A stretch of DNA of 64,000 nucleotides from Rhodanobacter sp. (GTDB taxonomy: Bacteria > Pseudomonadota > Gammaproteobacteria > Xanthomonadales > Rhodanobacteraceae): positions 18,132 through 82,131 of the forward strand of contig JBOHYM010000031.1 of assembly GCA_050737735.1 (NCBI GenBank), written 5' to 3'. A program made the position numbers and the translations under genes. Below are positions 57,417-64,000 of the stretch, piece after piece; position 1 is the first letter of the stretch; each line of letters opens with the position of its first letter. The notes beneath the pieces were generated by a model that worked only from the letters and a program-made list of their open reading frames with translations, did not search any database and was not told the origin of the DNA.

Positions 57417-59876
57417 TTAGAAGAACGAGGCGCCGAAGGTCACCATGACCGTGCGGGTCGGCAACAGCGAGTAGTACGGTGCCGCGGCATACAGGGTCAC
57501 ACCGTTCTCGTCCTTGATCTTGCCAGGGTTGGACGCGAGGAACGCCGAGATGTTGTTGGCGTTGGTGAGCGCCTGGCGATCAGTGAGATTGAACACATTG
57601 ACCTTGATGTACGGCTTGCGGAACCAGGACGAGAAGTCCGGAAATTTCCAGCCTGTGCTGAAATTGAGCGTGGCGTAGCCGCCCACTTTCTCCGTATTGG
57701 ACCAGTCGCCCCAGATCGGGCCACGGTACTTCTCATCCAGGCTGGCCCAGAACGGACCTTGGTCATAGCTCAGCCGCACGTAGCCAATGTTCTTGGGCGT
57801 GTTCAGCAGGACCTTGCCGTCGGTGTTGTAGATGCCGTCACCCAGGCTGTTGAGGTTCGCTTCCAGGGTGGCCTTGGTGTAGGCGTACGAGCCGTAGATC
57901 GTCCAGTTGGGCGTGATCTTGTAGCTGGCTTCGGTGTTCAGGCCACGCATGTGCACCTTGGGCAACGACAGGTACACGGTGGCGAACGTCGTTTCGTCAA
58001 AGCCGGAAATCTGCTTGTTGGTGAGGTTGGACGCGTACGCATCGACGCTGGCCGAGAACGTATCGTTGTAGAAGCGCCAGCCCAGATCGGCCGTGGTCGA
58101 CTTCTCCGGCTTGTTGAGGTAGGTGCTCGCCGGATTGATTTGGCCCGGGAAGAATGCAGCGGCCGCATTTTGCAGGACGGCACCGTTGATCGGCGCACGG
58201 AATGTCCTGCCGATACCGAAGTAGAACTGATTCTGCTCATTCAGCTGATACTTGACGCCAGCCGTCGGACTTACGCCATGAAACGTCTGACTGAAATCGG
58301 CGACGCCGTATTGCGTGTAGCCGGGGCGCACCGAGTTCGGATACTGGTAGTCGAAACCGCTGCGCTGCACCCACAGGTAGGAGGCCCCTGCGGTAATGGT
58401 CCACTGGTCATTCGGAGTCCACGTGTCCGTGGCAAACACCTTGCGGGTTTCCGTGGCGGTGTACTCGTTGTAGGCCTGCTGTATCGCTCCATTGGGATAA
58501 CGGATCAGGTTAGGTGGCGTGCCCCAGTAGTCCGAAGGGACGCCCGTGCTCGGATCAACCGGGGTGAAACCCTGGCTTTGCTCCTGCCGCGGACGCTCCC
58601 ACCAGAAACCGTACTCGAGGCTGTTGTCCTGGCCAAAATCCTGATTCAGCTTGGCGATGACGCCGGGACGCATGGTGTAGGTGTTGCTGATGGAATAAAC
58701 CAGATCCTTGCCGCTGATTTTTCCGTCGCCATTCAGATCCTGATTGGTGTACTGGTACCAATTGGCCGTCTGCTTCGATTCGGTAAAGGTGGTGCCGCCA
58801 CCACCGCCGCCATTGCCGTACTGCACGTAGGGCACCACCGAAAGATGCAGGTTGTCGCTCAGCTTGAACTCGCCATCCAGGCTGACCAGCCAGCTGCGGA
58901 ATGGATTGGTGTGCAGCAGGTAGAAATTGGTGTCGGTCGGACTCAGCCGCGTGGCGTCATAATTCTGGTTGTAATTCTTCTGAGCCTGCGCCTTGGTCAG
59001 GCTGTTGTAGGTATTGTTGAACTCGCGGTTGTACTGGAACGAGGCCGAGATGGAGTTGTTGTCGTCGATCGTCCACACCGACTTGCCATCCACCTTGGTC
59101 ACTTTCTGCTGACCTGGACCACGCCAGAGGTCGGCGCTGTTGTCGGAATACGACAACCACGAACGCACCGGGCCGGTATCGCCGGTATTCAGGCGGAAGA
59201 AGGTGCGCCGGTAATCGTTGCTTCCAAACGTCTGGCTGGCGTCGACGCCGGCCGTATGTGAGGGGTCGATGGTAGCCCAGGCGATCGAACCACCTGCTGC
59301 GCCGCCGATCGGTGTGTCCACATCGGGATAGCCCTGCAGCACGGTGATGTCACCATAGTTCTCTGCATCGCCATACTCAGTCGAATAGACCTTGTAGTTG
59401 CCGCTGTCGTTGATCGGTGCGCCATTCACGGTGGTGCCGATCTCGTCGCTGGTGAAGCCGCGGATGCTGTAGTTGCCGTTGGCGAGGCCGGTAAAGTCAT
59501 CGGTGGAAGCATTGACACCCGGGATACTGTCGATCATCTGCACGAAGGTGGCGCCTGGTGCGGCCTTGACGATCGCGTCACGGGTGATCGTGGAAACCGC
59601 CTTCGGCGCGGTCTGCACCGACATCAGGCCGCCACCCAGCGACAACGACTGCGCCGTGACCTGCACCGTGCTCAACTGCTGCACGCGCTTGGTGTCATTC
59701 GAGGTCGTCGTGTTGGAGGTGCTCGACGCGCTGGCTCGCTGTGCGGGCGTGGGCGTGGCAACCTGGCTTGCATTGGTCTGATCCGTGGCGCTCTGTGCCA
59801 GCGCCATCGATGATGCCATGCCAAAAACCAGTGCGATTGATACAGATAGATAGGTTCGTTTCATTATGGATTCCAT
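57417..59876 (-). CDS. TonB-dependent receptor
   Basis: Signal peptide; TonB-box region STVQVTA; plug IRGF; NVFNLTD; C-terminal Phe. Confidence 0.92.
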   Translation of the reverse strand: MESIMKRTYLSVSIALVFGMASSMALAQSATDQTNASQVATPTPAQRASASSTSNTTTSNDTKRVQQLSTVQVTAQSLSLGGGLMSVQTAPKAVSTITRDAIVKAAPGATFVQMIDSIPGVNASTDDFTGLANGNYSIRGFTSDEIGTTVNGAPINDSGNYKVYSTEYGDAENYGDITVLQGYPDVDTPIGGAAGGSIAWATIDPSHTAGVDASQTFGSNDYRRTFFRLNTGDTGPVRSWLSYSDNSADLWRGPGQQKVTKVDGKSVWTIDDNNSISASFQYNREFNNTYNSLTKAQAQKNYNQNYDATRLSPTDTNFYLLHTNPFRSWLVSLDGEFKLSDNLHLSVVPYVQYGNGGGGGGTTFTESKQTANWYQYTNQDLNGDGKISGKDLVYSISNTYTMRPGVIAKLNQDFGQDNSLEYGFWWERPRQEQSQGFTPVDPSTGVPSDYWGTPPNLIRYPNGAIQQAYNEYTATETRKVFATDTWTPNDQWTITAGASYLWVQRSGFDYQYPNSVRPGYTQYGVADFSQTFHGVSPTAGVKYQLNEQNQFYFGIGRTFRAPINGAVLQNAAAAFFPGQINPASTYLNKPEKSTTADLGWRFYNDTFSASVDAYASNLTNKQISGFDETTFATVYLSLPKVHMRGLNTEASYKITPNWTIYGSYAYTKATLEANLNSLGDGIYNTDGKVLLNTPKNIGYVRLSYDQGPFWASLDEKYRGPIWGDWSNTEKVGGYATLNFSTGWKFPDFSSWFRKPYIKVNVFNLTDRQALTNANNISAFLASNPGKIKDENGVTLYAAAPYYSLLPTRTVMVTFGASFF

Positions 59877-60109
59877 CTCGCAAGTTCAAAAATGAGTGAC
59901 AGGTTCCACAGCCGATCGCATGGCAACCTTTCCGTGGCCGTCCGGGTCGCTAAACATCACCATTCAGCGGTGTCGGGAACTTTCAGAACGCGTCGATGTT
60001 CTCAGTGGACGCGTTAATCAGCGGCAGATCTCTTCAGGCAATGCAAAATCGCAAGCTATAACGACAAGCACTTCACTGAACCGAAAGAAAAAACGTAAAA
60101 CTCGGGCAC

Positions 60110-60134
60110 AAAAAAACCCGACATGCCAGTCGGG
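60110..60134 (-). terminator. Rho-independent terminator inside an intergenic region
   Basis: Minus strand CCCGAC-TGGCAT-GTCGGG-TTTTTTT; about 310 bp from the nearest upstream stop codon. Confidence 0.75.
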
Positions 60135-60444
60135 CAGAAAACGCCTGCTTTTCGAATTTACTTGCGATTATCCCTTGCTAATCACAACTGGTAGCTGCTG
60201 AAAGCGCTCCGTATATTGTCTTAGTTTTACCTTACAACAATTTTACAACATTTCCAGCCATTGACACCTTAGGCAGGAATGGCCATGCCATTCATGCCTG
60301 CTGATCGCGTCAGCGCACCATGTTTGGCATGTTGTCTCCATCATGCGGCGCCATCCACCGCGGTCTCAATGCTGGCGATGTTTCCAGGCCTGTTCTCTAA
60401 GTGCGGCATGGCAAGACGCGGGGCGTGCACCCAAAACGCGAAAA

Positions 60445-62157
60445 TCAGGCCGCTTTGCCGAGATAGCGCGCCCGCTTGGCCGGCTTGAGCGCGGCAAGGT
60501 CCAGCATCACCAGCCCGTCGACGCAGCCGGAAAAGCCCGGGTCCTCGCCGAAGTCGAGGAACTGCACGCCCTCCGGCTCGACCAGGTCGACATACTGGCG
60601 ATACAGCACCGGCAGGCTGACCCCCAGCGCATCCAGGTGATGCTTCAGCTTGCCCAGACCGGCGGACGCATCCAGCCCATCGAGTGCCTGATGCACCCCG
60701 CGGACAACCTCAGCCGAGATCACGAACGGCTGCCTCGCCGCCGCCAGTCCCGGTGCGCCGAAATAATGCTGGTGCGCCGCCGCGATCCACTCGCGCGCCT
60801 CGCGTGGCAGGTTGACCGACATGCTGACCGGACCAAACAGATAACGCAGCTCGGGGTGACGTTGCAGGTACAGGCCGATGCCCTGCCACAACTGATCCAG
60901 CGCGCGCGAACGCCAGTACGCCGGCGCGATGAAGCTGCGCCCCAGCTCCAGCCCCTGTGTCAGCCGCGACTCCAATGCCGGCGAATAGTGGAACAGGCTG
61001 GAGGTATACAACCCCGCCATGCCGCGCTCGGCGAGCAAGCGGCCACCATGACCGAGGCGGTAGGAGCCGACGATTCGCAAGGCCTTGGGATCCCACAGCA
61101 GCAGGTGCTCGTAGTGCGGATCGCAGGCGTCCAGATCGCGTCGCGCACCGGTACCCTCGCCGACCTTGCGGAAGGTCAGCTCGCGCAAGCGGCCAATCTC
61201 GCGCAGTACCACACTGTCGGCACTCCCCTTGAGCAACAACACCTGCTTGCCATCGTTGAGTTCGGCCAGCGTCTCGGCTTGCGCCAGCTCAGCCGCCACC
61301 TGTTCGGCCGGCTCCGGATGCGCCAGTGGCGCCTGGCCGCCGAAGATCAGGCCACGGTGCCTGCCGACGCGGTAGACATGTCGGCGCATGAGCGTGGCGG
61401 CCTGCTTCGACGAACCGCCACTACGCTGGTCGAGCTCACTGGCCGCGACCAGCGCACCAATGCTGAAACCGATGCGCCGGCTGCCGGATGCCACCGCTTC
61501 ACGCGGCAGCATCGCCGTGCTCAGCGGCTTGGCCAGCATCGACATGCCATAGAACATGGTCGAGTTGCGCGCGGCGACATGCACCGGCAGCACCGGCACT
61601 TTGCGGCGCAGTGACAAGCGGGCAAAACCGTCCGACCAGCGCCCGTCGTGCACGCCGTCGGCACACATCCGCGAGACCTCGCCGGCAGGAAACATGATCA
61701 GCGCCTCGCCCTTGTCCAGCGCACGGTAGATCCCGCGCAGTTGCGACGCCGCACCCTTGCCGAACACGTCCACCGGCAACAGCAGCTTGCCCAGCTGCGG
61801 CACCGTCGCCAACCAGTCGTTGCCGAGAATGCGCACATCCGGGCGCACTGAACCGATCAACTGCAACAGCGCGATGGCATCCTGCATGCCCAGCGGATGA
61901 TTGGCCACCACCAGCAAGGGACCGTCCAGCGGGATGTGTTCGCGCTCACGCAGATTGATGTGATAGCTGGTGCCGAGCACATCCAGCACTCGCTCGACAA
62001 AATCAAAACCCTCGGCCGCGCCGACCCGCTTCAGCACGCGATTGAAACCGTCTTCGTCGGCCAACCGCTCGAGTACGCCAGCTACCGGACGACGGATGGC
62101 GGGGTACTGCGCCAGCCAGGGCAGACGCTCGACCAGAGACTGCTCGATACTCAGCAT
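60445..62157 (-). CDS. PlsC-like plus GNAT (OlsB-like) bifunctional acyltransferase, OlsF-like amino-lipid synthase
   Basis: N-domain ANHPLGMQD and FPAGEVS; C-domain EIGRLRELTFRKVGEG, HLLLWD, LELGRSF. Confidence 0.8.
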   Translation of the reverse strand: MLSIEQSLVERLPWLAQYPAIRRPVAGVLERLADEDGFNRVLKRVGAAEGFDFVERVLDVLGTSYHINLREREHIPLDGPLLVVANHPLGMQDAIALLQLIGSVRPDVRILGNDWLATVPQLGKLLLPVDVFGKGAASQLRGIYRALDKGEALIMFPAGEVSRMCADGVHDGRWSDGFARLSLRRKVPVLPVHVAARNSTMFYGMSMLAKPLSTAMLPREAVASGSRRIGFSIGALVAASELDQRSGGSSKQAATLMRRHVYRVGRHRGLIFGGQAPLAHPEPAEQVAAELAQAETLAELNDGKQVLLLKGSADSVVLREIGRLRELTFRKVGEGTGARRDLDACDPHYEHLLLWDPKALRIVGSYRLGHGGRLLAERGMAGLYTSSLFHYSPALESRLTQGLELGRSFIAPAYWRSRALDQLWQGIGLYLQRHPELRYLFGPVSMSVNLPREAREWIAAAHQHYFGAPGLAAARQPFVISAEVVRGVHQALDGLDASAGLGKLKHHLDALGVSLPVLYRQYVDLVEPEGVQFLDFGEDPGFSGCVDGLVMLDLAALKPAKRARYLGKAA

Positions 62158-62273
62158 GACCGTGTCCTCGAATCGACTGCCGTCATCCTGCAGGTCGATT
62201 GTGACAAGCGGTCGGTTACGCAAGACGCTGGCGGTGCCCACCCGGTACGAGTGGCTGTTTCAGACGGCCGCGT

Positions 62274-62885
62274 TCAGACGGCCAGATGCAGAAACGACGC
62301 CACACCGGCCATGAACATCTGCACCGACAACGCAATCAGCAGCATGCCCATCACACGCTCCAGCGCGGTCAGCACACTCTCGCCGAGCCAGCGGAACAAA
62401 TAGGTGGCGCTGAGCAGGATCACCGAGGTGGCCAGCCACGCCAGCAACAGGGCGGTCACCCAGTCGGCGGTACGACCGGGCTGGCTATTGGTCAGCAGCA
62501 ACAGCGCCGCCATCGCCGACGGGCCGGCTACACCGGGAATCGCCATCGGCACGATGAACGGCTCGCCCTGGCCCGGCTTGCCGAAGATGCCGCCGCCGTC
62601 GGCCGGCGGAAACACCATGCGGATGCCGATCAGGAACAGCACGATGCCGCCGGCGATGCTGATCGAATCCGGTTTCAGCTGCAGCAGCTGCAGGATGTGC
62701 TGACCGCCGAACAGGAACGCCAGCAGCACGCCCAGCGCGATCAGCAACTCGCGCACCATCACCCGGCGCCGGCGCTTCGGCGGCACGTCCTTGAGCAGGC
62801 TGAGGAAGAACGGGATATTGCCCAGCGGATCCATGATCAGAAACAACATGATTCCCGCGGACAACGTGGTCATCTGCGTTTCCAT
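62274..62885 (-). CDS. MarC family membrane protein
   Basis: LFLIMDPLGNIP, PMAIPGVAGPSA, LERVMGMLL. Confidence 0.92.
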   Translation of the reverse strand: METQMTTLSAGIMLFLIMDPLGNIPFFLSLLKDVPPKRRRRVMVRELLIALGVLLAFLFGGQHILQLLQLKPDSISIAGGIVLFLIGIRMVFPPADGGGIFGKPGQGEPFIVPMAIPGVAGPSAMAALLLLTNSQPGRTADWVTALLLAWLATSVILLSATYLFRWLGESVLTALERVMGMLLIALSVQMFMAGVASFLHLAV

Positions 62886-62939
62886 CTCGACTCCATCCTC
62901 GCGAGACCCTCACCACGCCGGCGGCGTGGTGCCCTTCAT

Positions 62940-63707
62940 TCAGTCGACACGCAGATCCAGCACCGCACCACGCGCCGGCAGCGCCTGCGCACTCAGCAGG
63001 TAGATAGCGGCAGCGGCCGTGGCATCCGGCAGCGGACGCTGCATGATGTCCTCGCCGAAATACGCCTGCCGCCGCAGCGCCGTGCGCATCGGCGTCGGCA
63101 ACATGGCGTGGACGCGCAACCGGCCGCTGTCGTTTTCCTCGTGCAGGATCGCCACGAAACGCTCCAGCGCCGCCTTCGATACGCCATAAGCGCCCCAGTG
63201 TGCCCGCTGCAACAGCTCGGGATTGTCCAGCACGAACACCGCCGCGCTGTCGCTGGCCTGATTCAGCAGCGGCAAACAGGCCTGAGTCAGTGCGAACGGC
63301 GCGGAGACATTCACGTGCAGCGCGCGCAGCCAGTCGTCCGGCTTGTGCATCGCCAGCGGGGTGAGCCCGGTGAAGCTGGCCGCGCAATGCACGATGCCGT
63401 CGAGCCGGCCGAGATCACGCTCCAGCCCCTCGGCCAGTGCGGTGTATTCGCGCGGGGTGGCGACCTCCATGTCGAGCGGATGGATCACCGGCTCGGACAG
63501 GCCTTCGGCCAGCATCGCGTCATAGAGTTGTTCCAGCTGGCGCTTGCGCTTGCCGGTCATCACCACGGTGGCGCCGGCACGTGCCACTGCGCGCACCACG
63601 GCAGAACCGAGACCGCCATAGGCGCCGGTCACCAGTACCACACGATCGGCCAGGGTATCGGCTGCCGGAGTCCAGCCCGCCGGCAATCGGGCCACGGGCA
63701 GCGCCAT
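62940..63707 (-). CDS. YciK-like short-chain dehydrogenase/reductase
   Basis: VTGAYGGLG, YGVSK (YxxxK), MRTALRRQAYFGE. Confidence 0.88.
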   Translation of the reverse strand: MALPVARLPAGWTPAADTLADRVVLVTGAYGGLGSAVVRAVARAGATVVMTGKRKRQLEQLYDAMLAEGLSEPVIHPLDMEVATPREYTALAEGLERDLGRLDGIVHCAASFTGLTPLAMHKPDDWLRALHVNVSAPFALTQACLPLLNQASDSAAVFVLDNPELLQRAHWGAYGVSKAALERFVAILHEENDSGRLRVHAMLPTPMRTALRRQAYFGEDIMQRPLPDATAAAAIYLLSAQALPARGAVLDLRVD

Positions 63708-64000
63708 CAATGCGCCACTCCGGTCACGTCACTGGCCATGCGCGCCAGCTCTCCGGCGGAGTTCAGATCCTCGATGATGTCGCAGCCACCAATCAGCTCG
63801 CCCTGGATAAATAGCTGCGGAAAGGTGGGCCAGTTCGAAAAATGCGGCAGCGCGGCGCGCACCTGCGGATCCGCCAGCACATTCACCGCATGGAATGCGG
63901 CGCCGGCCCTGGACAGCGCCTGCGCGGCGCGGCTGGAAAAGCCGCACATCGGAAACTCCGGTGTGCCCTTCATGAAAAGCACGATGGGATGCTCGGCCAG
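63707..64000 (-). CDS. grxD: Monothiol glutaredoxin Grx4 (5' end outside the window)
   Basis: LFMKGTPEFPMCGFS, WPTFPQLFIQGELIGGCDI. Confidence 0.95.
   Translation of the reverse strand: MAEHPIVLFMKGTPEFPMCGFSSRAAQALSRAGAAFHAVNVLADPQVRAALPHFSNWPTFPQLFIQGELIGGCDIIEDLNSAGELARMASDVTGVAH

Noticed and set aside
60279-60488. 69-aa Cys-rich + strand ORF after a TTGACA hexamer
   Set aside because: Atypical composition, no recognisable motif, and it overlaps the 3' end of the acyltransferase gene.
1-64000. CRISPR array, rRNA, IS transposase or prophage genes
   Set aside because: No regularly spaced repeat-spacer array, rRNA sequence, transposase or phage hallmark gene was seen.

Overview
GC-rich gammaproteobacterial chromosomal segment. 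Gene content, REP types and tRNA sequences point to Xanthomonadales, probably Rhodanobacter-like (inference). Most of it is housekeeping: purT, Sco/PCuAC/CtaG copper chaperones, a GldAFG-like ABC system, a NarL-type two-component pair, minCDE, cfa, parC, a split lipoate ligase, a penicillin-acylase-family Ntn hydrolase, dapE/dapD, uvrB, tRNA-Val(GAC), tRNA-Asn(GTT), ppnN, two TonB-dependent receptors, an OlsF-like acyltransferase and grxD. A fluoride riboswitch heads a crcB-DUF190-cfa gene string. The standout region is about 33.98-41.80 kb. There, a perfect CRP/Clp box precedes two tandem cassettes, each made of a TIR-transmembrane-TPR receptor-like gene, a small beta-rich protein ending in (D/N)PxIxN, and a shared CAGGTTCA..TGAACCTG inverted repeat. 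These are followed by a truncated third TIR copy that overlaps the start of a YpsA-like SLOG plus 2x2TM (SLATT-like) membrane protein. This looks like a Thoeris-like nucleotide-signalling conflict system built from membrane-anchored, Toll-like TIR receptors with swappable sensor cassettes. All domain calls were made by eye from motifs; no searches were run.
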